The notes beneath the pieces were generated by a model, which had not been told where the DNA came from, ran no database searches, and saw only the letters and a list, made by a program, of their open reading frames with translations. This document shows positions 54,344 to 63,412 of a stretch of DNA of 64,000 bases, one piece after another. The stretch lies in the NCBI GenBank assembly GCA_965243025.1, contig CBDETY010000003.1, positions 4,896,001-4,960,000 on the forward strand, read 5' to 3'. The stretch is from Candidatus Latescibacterota bacterium. GTDB lineage: Bacteria > Latescibacterota > UBA2968 > UBA8231. The position numbers were made by a program, and so were the translations under genes. How positions within the stretch are numbered: the first letter of the stretch is position 1; each line of letters opens with the position of its first letter.

Positions 54344-54910
54344 ATGACAAAGAAATACGAACTCACCTGTGTCTTCGATCCCCAGGGGGGAGACAGCGGG
54401 TTCGAAGCACTGGTGGAGAAGTACGAAGGCCTGCTGAAATCAGGAGGAGCAGAGGTCGCTGCCGTAGACCGCTGGGGGTTGCGCAAGCTCGCCTACAGTT
54501 CCGTCGGGTTCAAGCGCCGGCAACAGGGATACTTCGCGCTGTTTCAGTTCACGGCGGAAGCCGGGTCGGTTGACCAGGTGCAGCAAGAGCTCAAGCTCGA
54601 CGATGCCGTGCTGCGGCACCTGGTCGTCGCCGTCCCCGGGGAATTCCTGCGGGTTCCCCAACTCGCTCCCGAGAACGTCTACATCTACACTCGGGAAGAT
54701 CGCGGAGGCTCCCGTTTCGGCCGCGGCCGCCGCGACCGCGACGGGAGCGAGAGGCGGGGTCCGGCACCCGCCACATCGCGGGAGGAGGGAGGAGTCCAAA
54801 CCCCGGGTGAACCAGAAGGAAGGGAGAAGGCGAAGGAAGCGGCTCCCGAACCGGCGGCCGAACCTGTCGCCGAGGTCGAGGCGGCCGGTGGAAAGCCTGA
54901 GGAAAGCTAG
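54344..54910 (+). CDS. rpsF: 30S ribosomal protein S6 with long C-terminal extension
   Basis: KYEL, WGLRKLAY and VLRHLVV, followed by an R/G/E-rich tail. Confidence 0.92.
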   Translation: MTKKYELTCVFDPQGGDSGFEALVEKYEGLLKSGGAEVAAVDRWGLRKLAYSSVGFKRRQQGYFALFQFTAEAGSVDQVQQELKLDDAVLRHLVVAVPGEFLRVPQLAPENVYIYTREDRGGSRFGRGRRDRDGSERRGPAPATSREEGGVQTPGEPEGREKAKEAAPEPAAEPVAEVEAAGGKPEES

Positions 54911-54957
54911 CCCGGCAACACCACGGCAGCCGTTTTAGGAAACCAGGGCTCAAGGGC

Positions 54958-55797
54958 GTGCTGTTCCTGGCGGGTCTGGCACTGACGGCGGGGACGCTGG
55001 TAGCCTGTTTTCGCTTCGGCTTGACCGCCGTAGGGGTGGCGGCGGCTTTGCCAATTGCCGCGGTAGTGGCCGGGGTCCTGGAGTTGGACCCGGCCGTCGC
55101 CCTCGCTCCGTTGGCAGGCGTACTCGCTGCGGCGCAGACGGCCAGGGGAAGGACCTACGGCCTGGTGATCGCAACCGCCTCGATCCCGGGCTTGCTCTAC
55201 GGGTTGTACCTGGTTGGAGTCCTGCACGGCGAGGCGGTGACGCCCGACCGGATCGGCGACGATCAACTGCGGCAGTTGAAGGAATCAGGGCTGTCCGCCC
55301 TGACCACCCAGGGAATCGCGATTGAGGATCTGGTTCGCCTGTTCGTCCTTCTGCAGCCAAGCGCCTCGGTGTTGTACGTTCTCCTGAAACTCGTTCTCGG
55401 TTATGCACTGGGCCGCTACCTGGGCCTCTGGACAGGGGTCGTCGCCCTTCCCGCTCCACCCCTCGTACGGGAGTGGCGTCTCTGGGAACAGATGATCTGG
55501 TTCCTTGTCGGGGGAGTAGCGCTGTGGTTGCTGGCCGGGGACGGGGTGTTGAATACCCTGGCGGTCAACATCGTTGTGGTGGTGCTCGTACTGTACGCCG
55601 TTCAGGGGTTTTCAGTTGCGCGCTACTGTCTGTGGAGAATGCGGGTTGCGCGAACCCTGGAGTTCGTTATCTACGTCGTGGCGTTGGTTACAGGATGGGC
55701 AGGGTTGATACTTGCAGGTGTGGGATTGATGGATACATGGTTCGATTGGCGGCGCCTCGGACGTCGCCGATCGCAGGAAGAAGAGGAGGTCGAATAG
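54958..55797 (+). CDS. DUF2232/YybS-family membrane protein
   Basis: Multi-TM protein with Y..QGFSV and C-terminal GLMDTWFDWR, upstream of rplI. Confidence 0.82.
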   Translation: MLFLAGLALTAGTLVACFRFGLTAVGVAAALPIAAVVAGVLELDPAVALAPLAGVLAAAQTARGRTYGLVIATASIPGLLYGLYLVGVLHGEAVTPDRIGDDQLRQLKESGLSALTTQGIAIEDLVRLFVLLQPSASVLYVLLKLVLGYALGRYLGLWTGVVALPAPPLVREWRLWEQMIWFLVGGVALWLLAGDGVLNTLAVNIVVVVLVLYAVQGFSVARYCLWRMRVARTLEFVIYVVALVTGWAGLILAGVGLMDTWFDWRRLGRRRSQEEEEVE

Positions 55798-55798
55798 A

Positions 55799-56242
55799 GT
55801 GAAAGTCATACTTCTCAAGGACGTGGACCGGGTCGGTGCCGCGGGAGAGATCGTTCAGGTAAGCGACGGATTTGGAAGGAATTACCTGATTCCCAACAGC
55901 CAGGCGTTGTTGGCTACGGACGCCAACGTTGCCCGTTTCGAAACCCGGAGACGCCAGCACGAGGCGGCGGCGGAACGCGAACAGCGCAGCGCCGCGGGCA
56001 TGGCCCAGCAACTCGAGCAGGCTTCCCTGACGGCCCAGGTCAAGGTGGGAGAAGGGGAGCAGATGTTCGGATCGGTGACTTCCCAGAACATCTCCGATCT
56101 GCTCGTGGAGCAGGGTTACGAAATCGACCGCCGCATGATCGAGCTCGATGAACCGATCCGCGCGTTGGGTGTCTACAGTGTGAAGGTGAATCTGCACCCG
56201 GAGGTAGCGGCGACGGTCAAGCTCTGGGTCGTGAAAGAGTAG
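55799..56242 (+). CDS. rplI: 50S ribosomal protein L9
   Basis: MKVILLKDV, GFGRNYLIP, FGSVT and PIRALG. Confidence 0.97.
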   Translation: MKVILLKDVDRVGAAGEIVQVSDGFGRNYLIPNSQALLATDANVARFETRRRQHEAAAEREQRSAAGMAQQLEQASLTAQVKVGEGEQMFGSVTSQNISDLLVEQGYEIDRRMIELDEPIRALGVYSVKVNLHPEVAATVKLWVVKE

Positions 56243-56358
56243 AACCACCATTCCCGGTTTTCGTGACAAAATCCCACTTGGGTTTCGGCCGGCCCTCCCC
56301 TTCTGAGAGACTTCCACCACCGGGACCCGGCACATCGTCGAAGTACCCCCCGGGCCCG

Positions 56359-57213
56359 GTGCGATTGATCCTGTGTCTGCTTTTGGCAGCATGTGCTCCG
56401 GAGAGCGAGCCGGGGCCGTTCGAGCAGGTCGAACAGCAGGTGTGGCGAATCGTCAATCGCAGTCATACCGGCAGCGACGGGATCTTCGTGCAGGCGACGA
56501 TGCGAACATTCGCATACGAGATCGTCAGCCTGTACGCCAGGGCCGAGCAGGAGAGTCTCGACCAGGAGCAGCTCCTGAGCCGGTTCCGGGAGTTCATCTA
56601 CCAGTACGTGGACGGCCATTACCCGTTCCAGGACGGCACCGACATAAACAGCCTCTACTATCAATACCTCGTTTTCGTCAACCGCTCGTTTGACGCGAGC
56701 AACCCGATAGAAAAGAAGGTGTTCGACAACTGGCGGGCGGAGTACGTGCGCCGGTTGTTGGGGGAGGTCTACGACCACAAGTACCCACTGCTCCGGAATA
56801 ATTACGACCAGCGCTGGGGCCCGACGCTCTACAGCCGGTTTGTCTTTTACATCTATCTCGACAACAGCGAGTCCGATCTGTCCCCCCGCATAGACGATAT
56901 CGGAAGCCGGGTTTACCTGATCGACGAAGAGGGCAACCGCTACGCCCCCAGCGGACAAGCCGGCCCCTACCCCTACGAGTTCGACAGACCGAAAAAGCCC
57001 ATTCTCGAAGGCAAGGTTGTTTTCCGTCTTTTTTTTCCAAACAGAAAGGCGGACCGCCGTACTCCGATAGTCGATGCCGGGACCCGGCACCTCGATCTGG
57101 TTATCGAGAACCTGGGTGAAGAACCGGAAAGACGCCTGCGGTGGGAGCTGCCCTTTGACTACCCGCAACCCCCTTCAACCACGCTGGGGGATGCAGTGGG
57201 AACCGGGCCTTGA
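56359..57213 (+). CDS. Hypothetical Tyr/aromatic-rich lipoprotein
   Basis: GTG 56359 gives MRLILCLLLAAC (lipobox). Codon usage looks native. No recognisable family. Confidence 0.7.
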   Translation: MRLILCLLLAACAPESEPGPFEQVEQQVWRIVNRSHTGSDGIFVQATMRTFAYEIVSLYARAEQESLDQEQLLSRFREFIYQYVDGHYPFQDGTDINSLYYQYLVFVNRSFDASNPIEKKVFDNWRAEYVRRLLGEVYDHKYPLLRNNYDQRWGPTLYSRFVFYIYLDNSESDLSPRIDDIGSRVYLIDEEGNRYAPSGQAGPYPYEFDRPKKPILEGKVVFRLFFPNRKADRRTPIVDAGTRHLDLVIENLGEEPERRLRWELPFDYPQPPSTTLGDAVGTGP

Positions 57214-57251
57214 AGCTCTGGGGCGGCTGGACCGTCGGCGGTAGAGCCGAA

Positions 57252-57350
57252 GGGAGCGGACGGGTGCCTGGTGGCCCCCGCGGACTTCAAATCCGTAGCG
57301 GTGTCGCGAAAGCGGCGCTGGGTGGGTTCGATTCCCACACGTTCCCGCCA
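57252..57350 (+). tRNA. selC: tRNA-Sec (anticodon TCA)
   Basis: Anticodon arm GCGGA-CTTCAAA-TCCGT, 4-nt D-loop TGGT, long variable arm with GAAA loop, GGTTCGATTCC and CCA end. Length 99 nt. Confidence 0.93.
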
Positions 57351-57405
57351 TTCCGACCGCAGGGGGGTCGGGACACCAGGCGGCACCGGCTGGGCAATTG
57401 TGTAT

Positions 57406-58476
57406 TCAGGAGAGAACGTCCGCTTCCCACTTCGTCGGATCGAGACCGACCCGACGGGCGGCATCCGAAACCCGTTGCCAGGTGCCGTCGTCGACGGCGA
57501 TGCCTTCCGCACGTCGCAGGGCGGCGGTGCGAAACTCCAGTTCTCCCGGGAGCAGCACCTCGCCGGTGCCCGGGTCTGGACGGCTCGAGGTCACGTGCCG
57601 GATGAGGCTCTCGATTTCCCGTTCGTAGGTCGCTTGGTCGGCGAAGAACCCTGGATCGTATACGGTGAAGAGGACGCCGTTGCTCTTGAAGCTGCGTTCG
57701 CCCGACGCGGTGCCCTCCCCTCCCAGCAGCCCTCCCATAAGCTCGACGATCAGCCCCAGGCCGTACCCTTTGTATCCGACCGGACCGCCCAGGGGAAGCA
57801 TTGCCCCCGGGGGGTCTCCGAGATAGTCTGCCGGGTCGGTGGTCGGGTTTCCCTCGCTGTCGATGATCCACCCCTCCGGCACCTGCTCCCCCTTGTTCTG
57901 CGCCATGCGGATTTTTCCCTCGGCGACGACGGAGGTGGTCATGTCGACCAGAATCGGTTCGCCGTTCGGGCGCGGCGCCGCGAAGGCGACCGGGTTGGTG
58001 CTCAGCTTGCCGTCGATGCCGCCGAAAGGGGCGATCTGACGACCGAGACGACCGGCGTTGACGAACACCAGGGCTACGAATCCTGCCCGTGCCGCAGCCA
58101 GCGGGTAGGCTCCGGCGCGGCCTACGTGACTGGTGTTTCGCAGTCCGACCACTCCGACGCCGTGCTCGCGCGCCTTGGCGGTAGCCACCTCGATCGCGAG
58201 TCGTCCCGATACCTGGCCGAATCCCCCCCCTCCGTCGACCAGGGCAGTACATCCCCTGTCCTGCAGGATGACCGGCTTCCCCTGCGGGTCGAAAGTTCCC
58301 TCGAGGATTTTTTCCACGTACTCGTAGTAACGCATCGTTCCGTGGGCGTCCTGGCCGAACAGGTTCGACTCGACCAGGTGATCGACGACGGTCCCGGCGT
58401 CTTCGGGAGAGCAACCGGCTGCCTCGAAGAGTTCGCAACCGATTCGGTGAAGGGCGTCGGGAGTGAATCGCCTCAT
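57406..58476 (-). CDS. Ldh2-family (type 2 malate/L-lactate dehydrogenase-like) oxidoreductase
   Basis: LVDGGGGFGQ, SHVGRAG.Y, STNPVAFAAP, DMTTS and GYKGYGL. Confidence 0.9.
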   Translation of the reverse strand: MRRFTPDALHRIGCELFEAAGCSPEDAGTVVDHLVESNLFGQDAHGTMRYYEYVEKILEGTFDPQGKPVILQDRGCTALVDGGGGFGQVSGRLAIEVATAKAREHGVGVVGLRNTSHVGRAGAYPLAAARAGFVALVFVNAGRLGRQIAPFGGIDGKLSTNPVAFAAPRPNGEPILVDMTTSVVAEGKIRMAQNKGEQVPEGWIIDSEGNPTTDPADYLGDPPGAMLPLGGPVGYKGYGLGLIVELMGGLLGGEGTASGERSFKSNGVLFTVYDPGFFADQATYEREIESLIRHVTSSRPDPGTGEVLLPGELEFRTAALRRAEGIAVDDGTWQRVSDAARRVGLDPTKWEADVLS

Positions 58477-58480
58477 GAAG

Positions 58481-59296
58481 TCAGGAAAGTACAGGGGCTG
58501 CCAGAACGCGCCCCACTTCGGCCGGCCAGGTACCGGCCACCGTCACGCCGTACTCCTTCAACCCGCCTGTCGCCAGCGGCCCGGTGAGAAGGGGTTTGGC
58601 GCGCTCTCCTTCCAGGAGGTCCGGCGAAGCGAAATCGGCGTTCAGAAAGTGGAAGGCGATACCTGCCCGCTCGCGATCAGTGGTGTTGTCCCTGGTGCAG
58701 TGGGCGCAGCCATAGCAGAAGAAAGCCGCTCCCCCTGCAGGAACCTCTACTGCGACAGCTCTCTCTTCGGGGGGCCGGCAGTGGATGTGATGATCGCTGT
58801 ACGGGTCGCGATGGTGGTCGTACTGCTCGCGGAAGCTTCCGGGTACGACATGCAGCGTTCCGTTGGCGACGGTGGCATCGTGGACCGCCACCCACATGGC
58901 CACCCCTTTCAAAGGATCCGCGATTTTGAAATAGGCGTTGTCCTGATGCCAGTCGGTACCGGTGCCCTGGCCGGCAGGCTTGAGGAACAGTTGATCGAGG
59001 TGAAGGAGGAAGGGATCGCCGATCAACTGCGTGACCAGCTCGAGCACCTTCGGTTCGAAAGGCAAGGCGCGGATCAGGTCGCTCTTGTCGTACAGCGGAA
59101 TGACCTGGTAGTTGGTCTTCTCCTGCGAGTGGGTTGCGCCGTCTCCGTCGGTGCGCACATTGCGGCCGAAACCGAGTTGCCGGAACCGCTCTACTTCCCG
59201 TTGCAGGGCCGATACTTCGTCCTCGTTGAAGAGTCGGGGCAGCGAGGTGTATCCGTCGTGGCGAAATTGCTCTATGTGCGCGGAATCGAAATGCAT
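58481..59296 (-). CDS. Phytanoyl-CoA dioxygenase (PhyH) family Fe/2OG oxygenase
   Basis: F..DGY, WHQD, WVAVHDAT..NGTL.VVPGS and H...N.T..ER. Confidence 0.9.
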   Translation of the reverse strand: MHFDSAHIEQFRHDGYTSLPRLFNEDEVSALQREVERFRQLGFGRNVRTDGDGATHSQEKTNYQVIPLYDKSDLIRALPFEPKVLELVTQLIGDPFLLHLDQLFLKPAGQGTGTDWHQDNAYFKIADPLKGVAMWVAVHDATVANGTLHVVPGSFREQYDHHRDPYSDHHIHCRPPEERAVAVEVPAGGAAFFCYGCAHCTRDNTTDRERAGIAFHFLNADFASPDLLEGERAKPLLTGPLATGGLKEYGVTVAGTWPAEVGRVLAAPVLS

Positions 59297-59551
59297 TGTG
59301 TCGGACAACAAACTTTCGTGTGACAATTTGAAGGGACAAGATAGAAACGGGGTAAAGCAGCTGCCAATCGCCTCATCACCCCCGGTTCGGGTTGCCCGGC
59401 GCCGGTGCTATCCTTAGGATATAAACCGAACAGACAAGGACCGCGTCCCGACAGGCGACTCCCCCGCCCTCCTGATCCTTCCGAGAAAACAGCTCCATCG
59501 TGGAGTGCGGCCCGGCGTGCCTCTTTGGTGCCGTCGGTTTCTATTTCAGTC

Positions 59552-60553
59552 ATGGAAAAACCCCGGATCGCCATCAATGGGTTTGGCCGTATCGGCCGCC
59601 TGGTGCTGAAGGCCTCCTTCGCCCGCGGGCTGAAGGTCTGCGCCATCAATGACCTCGCCGACCCGAAAACCCTGGCCCACCTGCTGAAGTACGATTCCAC
59701 CCACGGACGATTCCCGGGAGAGGTTTACTCCGAAGGAAAGACCCTCGTGGTCAACGGGAGGGCAATCGATGTGCTGAGCGAGCCTCAGCCCGCAAAGCTG
59801 CCTTGGAGTGAGCTCGGAATCGATACAGCCCTGGAATCCACGGGGCGTTTCAACAGCCGCGACAAAGCAGCGGCCCATCTGGAGGCCGGGGCCGGCAGGG
59901 TCGTTGTATCAGCGCCGGCAAGGGACGCCGACGCGGTAATCGTGCTGGGGGTCAACGATTCCGATCTTTCCCCCGGTCACAGGGTGGTGTCGAACGCCTC
60001 CTGCACGACAAACTGCCTGGCGCCGATGGTCAAGGTGCTCCACGAACGCTTCGGTGTTACCTGTGGAACGATGAATACCATTCACTCGTACACCAACGAC
60101 CAGCATGTGCTCGACCAGCCCCACAAGGACCTGCGCAGGGCCCGCGGGGCCGGCATCAACATGATCCCGACAACCACGGGGGCCGCCGCCGCGGTGGGGC
60201 AGGTTATACCGGAACTGATGGGCAAGCTCAACGGCCTTTCCATCCGGGTTCCCACACCCGACGGTTCTTTGACCGACTTTACCGCCGTTGTCAAACGGCC
60301 GACCTCCGCATCAGAGGTGAACGAGGCATTCCGGGCAGCCGCCGCCGGGCCGCTGAAGGAATACCTCGAGTACTCGGAGGAACCGCTGGTTCTGTCGGAC
60401 ATCATCGGCAATCCCGCATCCTGCATATTCGACGCTCTGTCCACCACCGTCGTCGGCGGCACTCTCGTCAAGGTGCTCGGCTGGTACGACAACGAGTGGG
60501 GGTACGCCAACCGGTGCGCCGACCTGATGCTGCGGTTGGCTGTAATTCAATGA
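59552..60553 (+). CDS. gap: Type I glyceraldehyde-3-phosphate dehydrogenase
   Basis: INGFGRIGR, SNASCTTNCL, RVPTP and WYDNEWGY. ATG 59552. Confidence 0.96.
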   Translation: MEKPRIAINGFGRIGRLVLKASFARGLKVCAINDLADPKTLAHLLKYDSTHGRFPGEVYSEGKTLVVNGRAIDVLSEPQPAKLPWSELGIDTALESTGRFNSRDKAAAHLEAGAGRVVVSAPARDADAVIVLGVNDSDLSPGHRVVSNASCTTNCLAPMVKVLHERFGVTCGTMNTIHSYTNDQHVLDQPHKDLRRARGAGINMIPTTTGAAAAVGQVIPELMGKLNGLSIRVPTPDGSLTDFTAVVKRPTSASEVNEAFRAAAAGPLKEYLEYSEEPLVLSDIIGNPASCIFDALSTTVVGGTLVKVLGWYDNEWGYANRCADLMLRLAVIQ

Positions 60554-60584
60554 GTTCGCCGAATCTTCAGCCCAGGGCGACCTG

Positions 60585-61067
60585 ATGTTCGAAGACGTCT
60601 GGAAGAGATACGAGGAGAACGAGCTCACTCACAGTGCCGCCCATCACCTGATGGCGGTTCACGAGTTGAGGGAGGAGCACGGCTACGCCCGCGTTTCCGA
60701 CATCGCCCAACACCTGAAAATCACCAAGGGCAGTGTCTCGACGGCGATGAAACACCTCAAGGAGAGAGGCTACGTCGCCGAGGACCACAACCGTTTTCTC
60801 GAGCTGACCGAAAAGGGCATGGACGTGGTCTCCCAGACCGAAGCCTCCCGGATGGTTGTGCAGAAGTTCCTGAACCGGGGCCTGGGCATGGACGAGGACG
60901 ACGCCGAAATCGACGCCTGCAAGGTAGAGCACCTGATCAGCTCCGAGGCGAGAGACCGCCTTGTGGGGTTTCTGGAGTTTCTCTTCTCCGAGGATCCTCG
61001 CGCCTCCGAGTTTCTCGAGGCGTTCCGGCAAGCGCTTCCCAACCTGATGCCGGTAGAAGAGAAATAG
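60585..61067 (+). CDS. DtxR/MntR-family metal-dependent repressor (no FeoA domain)
   Basis: ARVSDIA..L.ITKGSVS..MK.L...GY, LT.KG and DACKVEHLIS. Confidence 0.9.
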   Translation: MFEDVWKRYEENELTHSAAHHLMAVHELREEHGYARVSDIAQHLKITKGSVSTAMKHLKERGYVAEDHNRFLELTEKGMDVVSQTEASRMVVQKFLNRGLGMDEDDAEIDACKVEHLISSEARDRLVGFLEFLFSEDPRASEFLEAFRQALPNLMPVEEK

Positions 61068-61200
61068 TCCGGAACCGGTGGCAACTTTCCGCCGCCGGTC
61101 GATACCCATCGGTTCCCTGCCACAGCTACACATTACGCTACCGTAATTCCCCCCGGTCCGGGTTTTTCGCCCGGGCCTGTGAGTCCCCCGGCAACTCCAC

Positions 61201-62184
61201 ATGTGCGCAATCCTGTCCTTTCTGAGACGCCAGATGTTGCCGGTCGGCTTGCTCTGTGCAGCCGCGGTCGGACTGGCTTGGCCCGAACCGGGAAGGTACA
61301 TGGGCACCCTGCCAACCCAGTACGTCGCCGTGAGCATCATTTTTTTCTGCTCCGGCTTGCTGCTGCGAACCGACGAGATCCAGGCCGCTTTCTCGGCGTG
61401 GCGCGCCTCCGGGTGGGGGGTCGTGTCTATCCTTTTCGTCACTCCCGCCATCGGAGTCGCCCTCGCCTTTCAGGTACCTGTAGAGGCGGACTTCCAGCTC
61501 GGACTGGCCCTGTTCTGCTGCATGCCGACCACCCTGTCGTCGGGGATTGCCCTGACACAGCAGGCGCGCGGCAACGTCGCCCTGGCCCTGCTGTTGACCG
61601 TGTCGACCAATCTCCTGGGGATCTTCACGGTGCCTTTCGTGCTCGCCCACCTTCTGGGAGCTCTCGGACAGGTGGAGCTTTCGGCGGTCGATCTGCTGGT
61701 CAAGCTCTGCCTGACCATCCTGTTGCCGCTTTCCGCCGGCCGTTACGCTCGCCGGTTTGTCGCGGGCTGGGTCGGCATTCACCGGTCCCGAATCACCTCG
61801 ATCAGCAACCTCGCCCTGATATCGGTTCCCTGGATGAAGTTCAGCGAGTCCTCCTCCGCCCTCGCCCAGGTAGCCCTGCTGAGTCTCGTTGTCCTCATAG
61901 GGGCAGGACTTGCTATACACATTCTTTACCTGGTTCTGAATTCCGCTGTCTGCGGATTCCTCAGGGTGGAGGCTGCCGCCCGCAAGGCGGTTGTGCTGCT
62001 CGCAAGCCAGAAAACCCTGCCCGTGGCGATGACGGTTCTGGCACTCATTCCCGGGGAAGTACTGGCGAGCGACGTTAAGGGGCTGGTGGCGATTCCCTGC
62101 ATCACTTTTCACCTCGGACAGATCTTCGTCGACGCGGTCGTTGCGACGCGATGGGGAGCGGCCGGGGGAAAGGGTTGGCGCTGA
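61201..62184 (+). CDS. Bile acid:sodium symporter family (SBF-like) transporter, BASS4-like
   Basis: IFFCSGL, CMPTTLSSG, GNVALAL and ASQKTLPV, with ~9-10 TM segments. Confidence 0.85.
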   Translation: MCAILSFLRRQMLPVGLLCAAAVGLAWPEPGRYMGTLPTQYVAVSIIFFCSGLLLRTDEIQAAFSAWRASGWGVVSILFVTPAIGVALAFQVPVEADFQLGLALFCCMPTTLSSGIALTQQARGNVALALLLTVSTNLLGIFTVPFVLAHLLGALGQVELSAVDLLVKLCLTILLPLSAGRYARRFVAGWVGIHRSRITSISNLALISVPWMKFSESSSALAQVALLSLVVLIGAGLAIHILYLVLNSAVCGFLRVEAAARKAVVLLASQKTLPVAMTVLALIPGEVLASDVKGLVAIPCITFHLGQIFVDAVVATRWGAAGGKGWR

Positions 62185-62296
62185 ACTAGCTCGAGGTACT
62201 GGCGCAGCCCCCCGACGGGAGGGCTCGGCCACCGGGGTTTTCCGGATGTTTGCGGGGTGCGGGAATTGCAGGCGTTGCCGCCCGCAACGTTCGGCT

Positions 62297-63412
62297 TCAG
62301 CCCTGCTGAGAATCGCTTCGCGGCGCGAACCACCCGGTGGCGCGAAGCCGCTCCACCCCCGAATCGGACTCGGCGACCGGGAACCGGACCGGTAGATTGC
62401 CCGCAAGCTGCGACTCGTAAATCGCCATCACCATCTCCAGAGAGCGTCTGCCGACGCCGCCGTCGCTTCGCAGCGAACCTCCGCCGTCGAGGGCTCCCAG
62501 CAGCTCGTCCAAGGCAACCGAATAACTCGACGCCGGCTCGGGGGGCTCGACGTCGACCGGTTCCAGCGCCGCCCACCGGAAGCCGCTGTCCGGCTCGTAA
62601 TCTCCCGGGCGGGACTGGTACAGCTGCACTCGTTCCGAGATCATGCGGATGACCCCGGTCGATCCCCGCAGCTCGAAGGCGTTGTCGCTGTACTCGGTGA
62701 GCTCGGAGGCATGGAAGACGGCAGTTACGCCGTTGCGGAACTTCAGGAAGGCCCCGGTGAAGTCCTCGACCGCCCAGGGCCGCCGCCGCTGCTCGGCCAT
62801 ACCGCACAACCAGTCGACCTCGCCGGCGAACAGGTCCATCAAGTCGAAGTAATGGGTGGCGTCGTGAAGCAGCGGGCCTTCGTTGTCGCTGCGCCACGAG
62901 GGGGTGGGCTTGCAGCCGTCCATGTAGCAGTAGATGGCATTGAGCTCTCCGATGGCCCCCTGACTGACGAGGGTGTGGGCGAGGTTCCAGTCCGGAGACC
63001 AGCGGCGGTTGTGGTTGATCTGCAGCAGGGTGCCGTTCTCCGCGCAGGCGGCGATCATGCGGTCGCACTCGCCGAGGGAAAGGGCCATCGGTTTTTCGCA
63101 GATCACCGCCCTGGTCGCCGGGGCCGCGGCGCAGGCGGCGACCATTTCGCAGTGGAGTTCCGGGTGGGTGGCGACGATGCAGATGTCGGGACCGACCTTG
63201 GCCAGCATCTCGCCGCAGTCGTGGAACAGGGCGGAGACCCCGAAGCGCTCGCCGAATGCCTCGAGCTTTTCCCGGCCCCTGTTGACCCCCGCTGCGAGCT
63301 CGCAGCGAGGGTTGAGGGCGACCGCCTCGGCGTGGTTGTCGGGAAGATCGCCGAAGCTGAACTGGTAGCCGACACGGCCGGTGCCGATGATGGCGACGCG
63401 GTAGGGATTCAT
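62297..63412 (-). CDS. Gfo/Idh/MocA-family oxidoreductase
   Basis: VAIIGTG, ICEKPMA, NHNRRW and GPLLHDATHYFD. ATG 63412 overlaps the upstream stop. Confidence 0.92.
   Translation of the reverse strand: MNPYRVAIIGTGRVGYQFSFGDLPDNHAEAVALNPRCELAAGVNRGREKLEAFGERFGVSALFHDCGEMLAKVGPDICIVATHPELHCEMVAACAAAPATRAVICEKPMALSLGECDRMIAACAENGTLLQINHNRRWSPDWNLAHTLVSQGAIGELNAIYCYMDGCKPTPSWRSDNEGPLLHDATHYFDLMDLFAGEVDWLCGMAEQRRRPWAVEDFTGAFLKFRNGVTAVFHASELTEYSDNAFELRGSTGVIRMISERVQLYQSRPGDYEPDSGFRWAALEPVDVEPPEPASSYSVALDELLGALDGGGSLRSDGGVGRRSLEMVMAIYESQLAGNLPVRFPVAESDSGVERLRATGWFAPRSDSQQG

Noticed and set aside
57252-57350. Mismatch at the 8th acceptor-stem pair of tRNA-Sec as a novel tRNA structure
   Set aside because: Mismatches at the acceptor/T-stem junction are, to my recollection, common in bacterial tRNA-Sec.
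57351-59296. Genomic island integrated at selC
   Set aside because: No integrase, no duplicated tRNA 3' end and no compositional shift.
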